This document shows, one piece after another, positions 38,266-46,639 of a stretch of DNA of 61,443 bases; within the stretch, counting starts at the first letter, position 1, and every line of letters starts with the position of its first letter. Under the pieces are notes generated by a model that was not told the origin of the DNA, searched no databases, and saw only the letters and a list, made by a program, of their open reading frames with translations. A program made the position numbers and the translations under genes. Origin of the DNA: an uncultured virus (IMG/VR IMGVR_UViG_3300046513_000217) (Duplodnaviria > Heunggongvirae > Uroviricota > Caudoviricetes). Location: the IMG/VR virus record IMGVR_UViG_3300046513_000217; one strand, written 5' to 3'.

Positions 38266-38279
38266 ACGCGGAGCGGAAC

Positions 38280-38411
38280 ATGGACGTCGTGCAGTACATC
38301 GGAACGCTGATCCTGCCCCCGGCCGTGTTCGCCGCGGTGCTCGGCGGCTTCTGGCTGGTCAGAACGACCAGCGAGACCATCTTCCGCCGGATCGCGAGGT
38401 TTCCCTCGTGA
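38280..38411 (+). CDS. small membrane protein
   Basis: GGAG RBS; MDVVQYIGTLILPPAVFAAVLGGFWLV. Confidence 0.5.
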   Translation: MDVVQYIGTLILPPAVFAAVLGGFWLVRTTSETIFRRIARFPS

Positions 38412-38534
38412 CCGCTGACATCGAATTTATCGCGGTGCTCTCGCAGGTGATCCTGCAGCTGATGCTGCTTTGCGGCTCCGCGATCGCCGCCATCCTGGTC
38501 GTGATGCTGATCATCTGGGCGTTCGGAGGTCTCC

Positions 38535-38810
38535 GTGACTGACCGCGCCGACGAGATCATCAACGCTGCCGAGCGCATCGTCCGCGGGCGCTCCGCGCCA
38601 GTGACCAACCAAAATTCCCCCGACTGGGGTCCGCTGTACCGCTACGTGCAGGGCGTCGTGCTCGGCTGTGTCGCCGGCCTGATCATCGGGTACGTGCTGG
38701 GTGCCACCATGGGGCCGGGCAGGGACACCTGCAGCGTCCGCGCCAGCTCGTCGCACATGTCGGTCTGCCTCGACGGTTCGATCGCGAAAGCCAAGGGGCT
38801 ACTGCGATGA
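38535..38810 (+). CDS. membrane protein
   Basis: GGAGG RBS; TM segment VVLGCVAGLIIGYVLG. Confidence 0.55.
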   Translation: MTDRADEIINAAERIVRGRSAPVTNQNSPDWGPLYRYVQGVVLGCVAGLIIGYVLGATMGPGRDTCSVRASSSHMSVCLDGSIAKAKGLLR

Positions 38811-39148
38811 CCGAGAAGGACCCTTTGCGCGAACTCGAACGGCACGCCGAGAACATGACGCTATTCGGCCGCGACGTCGCGATCTTCGTCGACGGCAAGC
38901 CGCTCGATGCCATCCCGACCAGCTTCTTCGTCCCTCGGAAGATGGACGACGACCAGATCGCTGACTGCGAGGTCGTCGCCTACACGACCCAGCTCGTGCT
39001 CGACGAGCCGATCGAGCCGCTCAACGAGACCGAGCAGAAGCTCTGCGACTGGTGGGCCAAGCGGATCGAGGACGAGCTGCTGAACGGCCTCCTCGGACGT
39101 CCGAGCGAATACCAGCAAAGCCTGCGTGCGGCAGGCGCCAAAGTTTAA
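38807..39148 (+). CDS. hypothetical protein
   Basis: coupled ORF. Confidence 0.6.
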   Translation: MTEKDPLRELERHAENMTLFGRDVAIFVDGKPLDAIPTSFFVPRKMDDDQIADCEVVAYTTQLVLDEPIEPLNETEQKLCDWWAKRIEDELLNGLLGRPSEYQQSLRAAGAKV

Positions 39149-39200
39149 CCAGAGCCCGTGGTTTGCCCCAGGCAGCCCGGGTCACCATTCAGAGGCCGGA

Positions 39201-39521
39201 ATGTCCAGCGTCGTGCCAGACGAACTCGTCAACATAGCGCTCGATGCGCTTGATGACGAAGTGAAGCGCTGGCGGCGCGTGCCTTGGGCGCCCGGCTACA
39301 TCCGCCTGATGCGGTACCCCGACATGGACCTCTCTGTCGGCGGCGCCGAAGTGGCCAAGGACGACGTTATCACCTGCCATGACGTGCCGGTGAACACCGC
39401 CGACGACTTGATCGTCCGCTTCGCGATGGAGAAGGCCCTTGAGGCTGCCATCGGCGCCATCTCGGTTGCGCCTCCCGCTCCGAAGCCGCGCCGGCCGCGC
39501 AAGAAGGCGGCCAAGGCATGA
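39201..39521 (+). CDS. hypothetical protein
   Basis: ORF MSSVVP. Confidence 0.55.
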   Translation: MSSVVPDELVNIALDALDDEVKRWRRVPWAPGYIRLMRYPDMDLSVGGAEVAKDDVITCHDVPVNTADDLIVRFAMEKALEAAIGAISVAPPAPKPRRPRKKAAKA

Positions 39522-39760
39522 TCGAGTTCATCGGGATCGCCTGCTTCTCGCTCGGCGTCGCCACTCTCTACGCCACCTGGCGCTTGTGGATCGACCAGCC
39601 TCGCCAGATCCGTTTCACCGACAAGATGGCCGAGGCGCTGGAAATGCCGCGCTACGTCCAACATGCCAAAGCTCTTGCCTGGCTGCGCGGGCGTCCCGTG
39701 ACCGAGTGGCCGCGCTTCCAGCACGAAGCCATCGCCACGCTCATCTACAGCATCAGGTAA
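39518..39760 (+). CDS. membrane-anchored small protein
   Basis: N-terminal TM segment. Confidence 0.5.
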   Translation: MIEFIGIACFSLGVATLYATWRLWIDQPRQIRFTDKMAEALEMPRYVQHAKALAWLRGRPVTEWPRFQHEAIATLIYSIR

Positions 39761-39763
39761 CCG

Positions 39764-39958
39764 ATGGAACAGCTCTTCAGCGCGGCTCACGCCGCATCGC
39801 GGATGTACGCCCAGAGCTGGCGCCGCGGCAACATCGTCCGCTGCCACACCAACCTCCGCAAGGTCGGAGGCAGCCGGCGCCTCGTCAACTTCTACCTGGA
39901 TGAGATCGACCGCGAAGTCGACTTCATCATTTTCGAGAAAGACTTCGATGCCGCCTGA
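39764..39958 (+). CDS. hypothetical protein
   Basis: ORF ending DFDAA. Confidence 0.5.
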   Translation: MEQLFSAAHAASRMYAQSWRRGNIVRCHTNLRKVGGSRRLVNFYLDEIDREVDFIIFEKDFDAA

Positions 39959-40116
39959 GATCGCACAGTTCCTGATCGGCGTCGCGATCACCATCGCCTT
40001 CATGGTCCTCATTGCAGGAGACGCCGCGTGAAAACCTTCTGGTTTTGGTTCCACGCGATCATCTGGGATGGCTGCAAGGGCGAGAACTACTGCCGCCGCT
40101 GCGACCGGGTGATGCG

Positions 40117-40545
40117 ATGACCACCATCGTTTATCGCGACGGCGTAATGGCCGCGGACACGCGCATGATCCAGCGGACTGCGATCATCGGCAACATCACC
40201 AAAATCGTACGCCGTAATGACGGCGCGTTGTGTGGTGGTGCCGGCGATGCGGCCTGGGTCGTCGCCTTCCACGACTGGTTTCTTGCCGGTGAGCAGGGCG
40301 ACCCACCGGCCGTCCCTGACAGCTGCAAGGGCCTGGTCGCTGTGAAGCGCCGGCCGGTCGAGCTGTTCGAGCAGTCGGGCGCGTTCAAGTTCAAGGCGCC
40401 CTACGTGGCGATAGGCTCGGGCATGGAGTTCGCTCTCGGCGCGATGCACATGGGCGCCTCGGCGCCGGCAGCCGTGCGGACCGCGATGAAATTCGATCCC
40501 GGCACCGGCGGAAAGTTGATGGTGCTGACCCATGACAAAGCCTGA
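40117..40545 (+). CDS. Ntn-hydrolase (HslV/proteasome-beta-like) peptidase
   Basis: MTTIVYRDGVMAADT, KI, G.AG, AIGSG..FALGAM, D..TGG. Confidence 0.8.
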   Translation: MTTIVYRDGVMAADTRMIQRTAIIGNITKIVRRNDGALCGGAGDAAWVVAFHDWFLAGEQGDPPAVPDSCKGLVAVKRRPVELFEQSGAFKFKAPYVAIGSGMEFALGAMHMGASAPAAVRTAMKFDPGTGGKLMVLTHDKA

Positions 40546-40789
40546 TCCGATTTCAACCAGCCCCAAGGCGATGATCGCCTTCGAGCTGATGAAGATCCTC
40601 GACCCGCTGGTTGGCGTGGCCGAGGCTGCCTTCTTCATGCAGAGCAGCAACGCTTTGCTCGGCGATGTGACACCCGTGACGGCAATCAAAGAAGGCCGGA
40701 TCGACGACGTGAAGCTCGCCGTGCAGGCCGTCGCCATGGAGAAGGGCATCTTCGAGGAGCCGTGGCTCCCACCGCACGCGAGGAAGTGA
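40532..40789 (+). CDS. Xre/MbcA/ParS antitoxin C-terminal-domain protein (DUF2384-like)
   Basis: A.FFMQSSNALLGDVTPV.AI..G..DDV. Confidence 0.6.
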   Translation: MTKPDPISTSPKAMIAFELMKILDPLVGVAEAAFFMQSSNALLGDVTPVTAIKEGRIDDVKLAVQAVAMEKGIFEEPWLPPHARK

Positions 40790-41010
40790 TGTCGACCACG
40801 ATCTACTATCGAGACATCGGTGTGAACCAGTCCGGACTTGAGCTGGAGCGGATCAAGCTCCAGGCGGAGCTGGACTATTACCGCAAGCTCGCAACCGATC
40901 GCGGTTGGATGCTTGAGGGCATCATCGAGTGCATCAACGACGGCGACGTCGCAAGCCTGGCGGTCGGATCCAAGACCGCGGTGATGACGAAGTACGCCAA
41001 GCCAGAATAA
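40789..41010 (+). CDS. hypothetical protein
   Basis: coupled ORF. Confidence 0.55.
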   Translation: MSTTIYYRDIGVNQSGLELERIKLQAELDYYRKLATDRGWMLEGIIECINDGDVASLAVGSKTAVMTKYAKPE

Positions 41011-41013
41011 TCC

Positions 41014-41089
41014 GCGAGGGTAGCTCAGATGGGAGAGCACCGGATTTCCAATCCGGGTGTCGTGGGTTCGATCCCCACCCCTCGCTCCA
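41014..41089 (+). tRNA. tRNA-Gly(TCC)
   Basis: full cloverleaf, GCGAGGG/CCCTCGC, loop TTTCCAA, encoded CCA. Confidence 0.92.
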
Positions 41090-41103
41090 AACAGGAAACG
41101 ACC

Positions 41104-41385
41104 ATGGGTGAATACGACTACGTCCCGCTTGAGCGGGCGAAGGCGAACGTCATCGTGGCATGGACCCGCGACATAGCGATCCAGTACCGCGACGCCTTCA
41201 ATCTCGACGCCAACCAGTGGGCTTGCCTCGGCGTCGGGCAGCGGCTGCCGGGTAAGCCATGGCAGCGCCTGGTCATGATCCGTCCCCATTGGAACCTGTC
41301 GCCGGCCGAGGCCATCGAGTTCGAGATGCTCGTCCAGAACTGGCGGATGATGACGTACGCCGACAGCGTTTTCAAAATCCTCTGA
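41104..41385 (+). CDS. hypothetical protein (paralog of 42790..43053)
   Basis: AGGA RBS; N..VA...W...GQ...IRP pattern. Confidence 0.6.
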   Translation: MGEYDYVPLERAKANVIVAWTRDIAIQYRDAFNLDANQWACLGVGQRLPGKPWQRLVMIRPHWNLSPAEAIEFEMLVQNWRMMTYADSVFKIL

Positions 41386-41395
41386 GGAACATTCG

Positions 41396-41590
41396 ATGCT
41401 GAGCATCAAGGAACGTCTCACCATTCTCGCCATCCAGCTCGGCTGTCTGCTCGTCGCCTTCTGTGCCTGGATCACCCATGTCGTCACCTGCATCCAACAG
41501 GATCGCATCCCCATGCTCATCGCTGGCGCGATTGCGTTCCCGATCGGCGTGATCCACGGCTGGGGTATCTGGCTCGGCTTTTGGCCGTGA
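41396..41590 (+). CDS. small two-TM protein
   Basis: AWITHVVTC...LIAGAIAFPIGVIHG.GIWLG. Confidence 0.65.
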   Translation: MLSIKERLTILAIQLGCLLVAFCAWITHVVTCIQQDRIPMLIAGAIAFPIGVIHGWGIWLGFWP

Positions 41591-41950
41591 TCAGCTGGGA
41601 CGCACTTCTCATCGCCGCTGCCATCATCGTTGCAGCAGCGGTCATATCCAACACCATTGAGAACGTCATGTGCGACTTCGCGGAAGACCTCTTTACGCGC
41701 TGGGACGTCATGGACGATGAGGACTGAATGCCGTTCCCCTTCTGCTTCCTGATGTTCTCCTACGCAATTTGGCAGGCGTCCATCGAGCGGGCTTTCGACT
41801 TGAACCCGTTCGAGGTGCGCTATGAGAGGCCTGAACCCCTCTGACGAACTAACTCTCCTGGCGCCGCTGCTGCTCGTCATCTTCCTCTGTCTGATGGCGC
41901 ACCTGTTCAGCTGACGACAGCAGCCGGCTCCCAATAAACCGAGCACAACA

Positions 41951-42433
41951 ATGAAGGCTCTCAGAACACTGGCCCTTGCGGGCCTGGTGATGATCGCTGC
42001 TGTGTCGCCATCGCACGCGCTCATCGTCAAGAAAGACTACGGCGGGATCATCGTCGACTTCGTCAAGAAGTACGCCAACATCCGCGACAGCGGCGAGTTG
42101 GTGGTGGTCGACGGCGAGTGTGACTCGTCTTGCACCTTGTTCCTTGGGCTTGTGCCGAAGAAGAACTACTGCGTTACGCCGATGGCCAAGCTTGGCTTCC
42201 ACACCGCGTCCCTGAAGTCGAAGACGCTCATGGGGAAGGTGAAGTACACGCACGCCGTCGAGTTCTCGGCGCTCATGTGGAACATCTATCCGCAGCGCGT
42301 GCGGGAGTACCTGAAGCAGGTGGGCTGGAACGGAGACGATCCGACGATCGCTCACCCGGAGATCGTCTACGTCGAAGCTGATCAGCTCTACAAGCTCGGC
42401 ATCCGCGCCTGCGGTCCGGGAGACGTGTCGTGA
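41951..42433 (+). CDS. secreted ClpP/crotonase-fold-like protein
   Basis: signal peptide ending SHA; DYGG, VDGECDSSCT, LGFH. Confidence 0.65.
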   Translation: MKALRTLALAGLVMIAAVSPSHALIVKKDYGGIIVDFVKKYANIRDSGELVVVDGECDSSCTLFLGLVPKKNYCVTPMAKLGFHTASLKSKTLMGKVKYTHAVEFSALMWNIYPQRVREYLKQVGWNGDDPTIAHPEIVYVEADQLYKLGIRACGPGDVS

Positions 42434-42786
42434 GCCAGCAGAAGAAGCTGTCCGACCGCAGCAAACTCCCGTCGATCATCAAGATCGGCGTTCACGAGTA
42501 CGAACTGATCCACATGGATCCAGAATTGGCGGAAGAGAAAGAGGTCTTTGGCCTCTGCAACCGCATGACTCTGAAGATCTCCATTCGGTCTGACCTGCCG
42601 AACTCCGGCTTCGCTGAGACCCTCGAACACGAGATCAACCATGGCTGCTGGTATGCGGCAGGTCTCGATGAAGAAGAGACGGAAGAGCAGGTCGTGCTTC
42701 GAATGACGCCAATTCTGATGATGGCGCGCCGAGACAACCCTGAAATCTACGCCTGGATCGACCGGGCCATCGCCCAGAAAGTCTGA
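42430..42786 (+). CDS. HEXXH metallopeptidase-like phage protein
   Basis: IKIG...Y, FGLC...I.I, TLEHEINH, EEQVV. Confidence 0.65.
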   Translation: MSQQKKLSDRSKLPSIIKIGVHEYELIHMDPELAEEKEVFGLCNRMTLKISIRSDLPNSGFAETLEHEINHGCWYAAGLDEEETEEQVVLRMTPILMMARRDNPEIYAWIDRAIAQKV

Positions 42787-42789
42787 TCC

Positions 42790-43053
42790 ATGCTCAACGC
42801 AATGGTTGCCGCCAGCAAGCGGCAGGCTGAAGCCATGATCGTTTGGCTGAAGCTCAACCCCCACGAATGGGAGCCCGTCACGTACGGGCAACCAGTCAAG
42901 AAGCTCTTCGGACACGCCAAGCTCATCCGCCCCAGTGAGGGTGTGGAGCGGTCGCACTGCGACTGGGTGCTCGGACAGCTCGTCCCGAACCTGTGCCTGA
43001 CGGTGACCACGGTGCCCACGCACTGGAAGATCCCGCAAGAGCACGTCGAATAA
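42790..43053 (+). CDS. hypothetical protein
   Basis: ORF in operon; paralog of 41104..41385. Confidence 0.55.
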   Translation: MLNAMVAASKRQAEAMIVWLKLNPHEWEPVTYGQPVKKLFGHAKLIRPSEGVERSHCDWVLGQLVPNLCLTVTTVPTHWKIPQEHVE

Positions 43054-43073
43054 TAAAAATCAGAAAGAAGAAC

Positions 43074-44366
43074 GTGACCAGTAAAGCACGCGATCTCATC
43101 AAGCGGCTCGACCGCCTTGGTGTTCCCAAGAACTTGCGCCGTCATCCGAACACGATCGTCGCCATTGGCGACAGCCGCGTGGCTCAGATCCACGCTGACG
43201 GCGCCTTCCGCAACAAGGCCGGCTACAATCACTTCAGCGTCGGCAACGCTCTCGCCGGCAACCGCGCCATCCTGCTGAAGAACTTCGGCGTCAGCGGCGA
43301 GCGCAGCGACCAGCACCTTTCTCGTCTAAAGCAGGCGATCGATACGGGCGCCTACGTCCTCTACATCCACACTGGCGTCAACGACATCGCCCAGTCCTAC
43401 CCCACGGCGGCGACGTCCGGCGCCACGGCTTTCAGCAACATCCGCATCATGATCGATGCAGCGATCGACGCCGGCATGCTGCCGCTTGTCGTTCTCGAGC
43501 CCGGCGCGAACAACTTCAACCCGGCGATGAACGCTCAGCTCTACATACTGCAGCAGATGCTGCGGGAATACGCTGAGACCTGCCCGCACATGGTCCTTTT
43601 CGACCTGCCGGGAGCCGTCTACAACCCGGCTGCCGCGTCGACCACGGTGCTCTCGCTGCTCGGCACGATCGACGGCGTCCACCAGGGCAGCCTCGGCGCA
43701 TACCTCGGCGGCAAGGCCTTCGCCCAGGTGCTGATCGCGATCATGCCTCCGCGCCCGCACGGCTTCCGCAGCGCGGTCGAAAACCCGACCACCTCGCTGA
43801 TCAACCTGACCGCCAACCCGATGTTCACTGGCGGCAGCGCAGGAACGGTCGGAGCTGGTCTCAGCGGTCAGATCGGTTCGAGCTTCGTCGGTTCTCGCTC
43901 AGGCGGCGGCACGGCTGTTGCTTCGGTCGCGGCTTCGACGGATGGCTCCGGTCTCTGGGAGCAAATCCTGCAGTGTACGTTCGCGGCGGCCGGCGACGAG
44001 GTCAACGTCCATCAGGACATCCCGACCACGCTCTGGAACGCTGGCGATATCCTTCAGTCTCATGCTGAAGTCGTCGTGGATGCTGGCAGTGTCAACCTGT
44101 CGGGTGCGTATCTGTACCTGCAAGCCAACGGCACGATCGGTGGATCGTCCGTCGCTTCGACCGCGATGGACGGATACGTCAACGGCACCCAGCATGGCGC
44201 CACGAGCACCGAGGGCTTCAAGCTCAACTACTCGACCGAGAAGCTCATCGTCCCGAACTACGACGTGAAGAGCTGGGTCACCGCGCACGTCAAGGTCGTC
44301 GGTAGCGGTGCAGGATCGGCGACGGTTCGCGTCCGGCGCTTCGGTGTCCGCAAGCGCTACACCTAA
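43074..44366 (+). CDS. SGNH/GDSL hydrolase with C-terminal beta-sandwich (putative virion deacetylase)
   Basis: AIGDS, GVSGE, GVND, DGVH; GTG start 43074. Confidence 0.8.
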   Translation: MTSKARDLIKRLDRLGVPKNLRRHPNTIVAIGDSRVAQIHADGAFRNKAGYNHFSVGNALAGNRAILLKNFGVSGERSDQHLSRLKQAIDTGAYVLYIHTGVNDIAQSYPTAATSGATAFSNIRIMIDAAIDAGMLPLVVLEPGANNFNPAMNAQLYILQQMLREYAETCPHMVLFDLPGAVYNPAAASTTVLSLLGTIDGVHQGSLGAYLGGKAFAQVLIAIMPPRPHGFRSAVENPTTSLINLTANPMFTGGSAGTVGAGLSGQIGSSFVGSRSGGGTAVASVAASTDGSGLWEQILQCTFAAAGDEVNVHQDIPTTLWNAGDILQSHAEVVVDAGSVNLSGAYLYLQANGTIGGSSVASTAMDGYVNGTQHGATSTEGFKLNYSTEKLIVPNYDVKSWVTAHVKVVGSGAGSATVRVRRFGVRKRYT

Positions 44367-44376
44367 TTGAATTGCG

Positions 44377-44402
44377 AGCAGCCGCCTCCGGGCGGCTGTT
44401 TC
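44377..44402 (+). terminator. terminator hairpin
   Basis: CAGCCGCC-TCCG-GGCGGCTG-TTT. Confidence 0.55.
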
Positions 44403-44448
44403 CGTTTTGAGAAACACCGGCTGACACACCAGGCCAAGAAAAAAGTTC

Positions 44449-45777
44449 ATGACCAATAAACCCCGCGACCTCATCAAGCACCTCGACGCGCTCGGCGTCT
44501 CGATGGATAACTACCCGGCCGTTCCGCTCACGAATGCGGCCTTCAAGAGCAAGCTTCTGCGGCGCCGCGCTTTCGCCAAGGCCAGCAACCCCCTCGACGC
44601 TCCGGTTGCGACTGGCGTGACGATGACCGTCGACACGACGCTCGTCGACGCTGCGCTGACCAGCAACAACCGCGACTTCCCGCGGTATCGGTACGCTGGT
44701 GGCGTGCCCACGGTTTACGGCAGCGGCCGGATTTTCCCGGTGGCAAGCTGTCTTCCGAACGCTGGCGTCGGCAATCTCGGCGCCGGCAAGAACTCCTGGT
44801 ATCCGACCATCGAGTTCGAGACCGAAGCTCCGAAGCTGACGATTTACATCAACCCGCAGGCCGGCGGCTATCCGTCGCGTCATTTCCGGATCCAGGTCGA
44901 CGGTCAGTACATCACGAAGGCCGGCACCGCCTGTCCGGGCGCTAACACTTACATTACGCTGGACTTCGCTGGTGTCCGGGCGCCCCGCCGTATCACGTTC
45001 GAGCCGCAGCAGGCCGTCGTATTCAACGGCGTCTACATCACGGGCGTCGACGACATCTGGCAGCCGCGTCTCGACTCCCAGCTCATCCACTTCGCATTCG
45101 GTGACAGCTACACCGAGGGCCAGGGGACCGGCAACACGCTGCCATCCTACGCGGTGACCTTCGGGAAACGCATCGGCGCGACCGACACGCGGTGTGTGGC
45201 GAACGGCGGAACCGGGTACTTCAATGCTGGTTCGAACGGAGCTGTTCCGTTCCGCTCCCAGATCCCGAACCACGTTGCGCTGAACACGGATATCAATCCG
45301 GCAGATGTCGACGTCGTTACCATCGTCGGTGGTTACAACGACTACAACATCAACAACGCCTACACGGGTGGGGTTGCTCTGACGCCGGCCATCATGCAGG
45401 CCGAAGTTATGGCGACGCTCGCTGTCATTCGCGCGACCTTCAGCAAGGCGCTCATCATCGCGGGTGGCGTGCAGAGCGGATCGCGCAACAACGACGCCAC
45501 CACGCTGGGCAACGAGAATGCGGTCGCTGCCGCGGTCGCTGCCACGATCTCCGCCACGGGCGATCGACGGATGGGTTTCATCCCCTATTCGACTGCCATC
45601 CCGCCGTACCAGTCCGGTACCGGCAAGGTTGGCGCGACGACCGGCGCCGGAGTCAACGACGTCGACATGTCGGCAGACGGCATCCACTCGAACGATTCGG
45701 GCTATTCTCGCCAAGCTCGCCGAATGGCAACCGGTTATGACGTGGTTTTGGCCACTCTCGATCCGGTCGGCGTCTGA
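44449..45777 (+). CDS. SGNH/GDSL hydrolase protein
   Basis: FGDSYTEG, GGTGY, GGYND, DGIHSN. Confidence 0.85.
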   Translation: MTNKPRDLIKHLDALGVSMDNYPAVPLTNAAFKSKLLRRRAFAKASNPLDAPVATGVTMTVDTTLVDAALTSNNRDFPRYRYAGGVPTVYGSGRIFPVASCLPNAGVGNLGAGKNSWYPTIEFETEAPKLTIYINPQAGGYPSRHFRIQVDGQYITKAGTACPGANTYITLDFAGVRAPRRITFEPQQAVVFNGVYITGVDDIWQPRLDSQLIHFAFGDSYTEGQGTGNTLPSYAVTFGKRIGATDTRCVANGGTGYFNAGSNGAVPFRSQIPNHVALNTDINPADVDVVTIVGGYNDYNINNAYTGGVALTPAIMQAEVMATLAVIRATFSKALIIAGGVQSGSRNNDATTLGNENAVAAAVAATISATGDRRMGFIPYSTAIPPYQSGTGKVGATTGAGVNDVDMSADGIHSNDSGYSRQARRMATGYDVVLATLDPVGV

Positions 45778-45887
45778 TGGCCAAGAAGAACAAGCACGTT
45801 AAGCGAGTGTCCAAGAGCATGAAGCTGACCGAGCTTCGTCTCGAACGAAAGCATCGCCGCCGCCGTCAGAAGGCAGCCGCCGGCTAA
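45777..45887 (+). CDS. 36-aa highly basic peptide
   Basis: ATG overlaps the upstream TGA; MAKKNKHVKRVSKSMKLTELRLERKHRRRRQKAAAG. Confidence 0.45.
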   Translation: MAKKNKHVKRVSKSMKLTELRLERKHRRRRQKAAAG

Positions 45888-46069
45888 CGAACACCATCCC
45901 GGAGCACAGAACAGGGAGCAGCGACATTGAGCGCTGACCGACTGCTAAGGCCCGGCGTCAGCCCGGAGTTTTCCTCCTTTCCTCCCCGCTGGCGCCCGAC
46001 GACAAATCAGCTTGCTGCAAAACGTCGGGCAACAATTTCCTTTCACACCCACAGAAGGGCAAAAGCCCA

Positions 46070-46639
46070 ATGAAGCTTCAATACATCGTTACGCAGATTG
46101 CGGGTGCGTCCATTGCCGGCCGCTGGGTCTACGCCCTTGAGAAGGGCGCTGATGGAAAGCGTCGCATCGACCTGCTGCCGGAAACGGCACAGGACTATGT
46201 CGATCGCGGTTGGCTGCTGCTCGATGGATCCGCGCCGCCCGCGACCGTCACCGAAGCCGAGAGAGCGCCGGAATACGATTTCAGGGGATCGACGGTTCGC
46301 GACGCGCGCCCGCCCATCAATCGTTACGCGGTAGACCATACGCTCGCGGACCCGCAAACGGGCTCGGACAAGGGCGCGCTGGTTCTGATCGAGAGCACGA
46401 GCACCGTCATCGTCACGCTCCCCAAGAGCTGGGCAGAGGGTGACGGTTGCGTCATCCGCCGTTCCGGTAGCGGTGACGTGAAATGGGCTCTTGAGGTTGG
46501 TGCCATCAGCGCGCTGCCCGCGTCTCGCGTCAGCCACATCAAGATCGCCGAACGTCATTCGGAAATTATGGTCCGCGTCGTGAAGAACGTGGACGGAAAC
46601 TCGGCCGTTTGGTCGATCGAAGGTTGGACCTCAGCATGA
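46070..46639 (+). CDS. fibre/adaptor-like virion protein
   Basis: C-terminal VTLP...G...GSGDV...W.IEG module typical of fibre proteins. Confidence 0.6.
   Translation: MKLQYIVTQIAGASIAGRWVYALEKGADGKRRIDLLPETAQDYVDRGWLLLDGSAPPATVTEAERAPEYDFRGSTVRDARPPINRYAVDHTLADPQTGSDKGALVLIESTSTVIVTLPKSWAEGDGCVIRRSGSGDVKWALEVGAISALPASRVSHIKIAERHSEIMVRVVKNVDGNSAVWSIEGWTSA

Noticed and set aside
40087..42030. 647-aa minus-strand ORF and other long antisense ORFs (e.g. 4635, 6794, 10432, 44290, 46555, 56151, 60085)
   Set aside because: Shadow ORFs of GC-rich genes on the opposite strand; the 647-aa one also spans a tRNA
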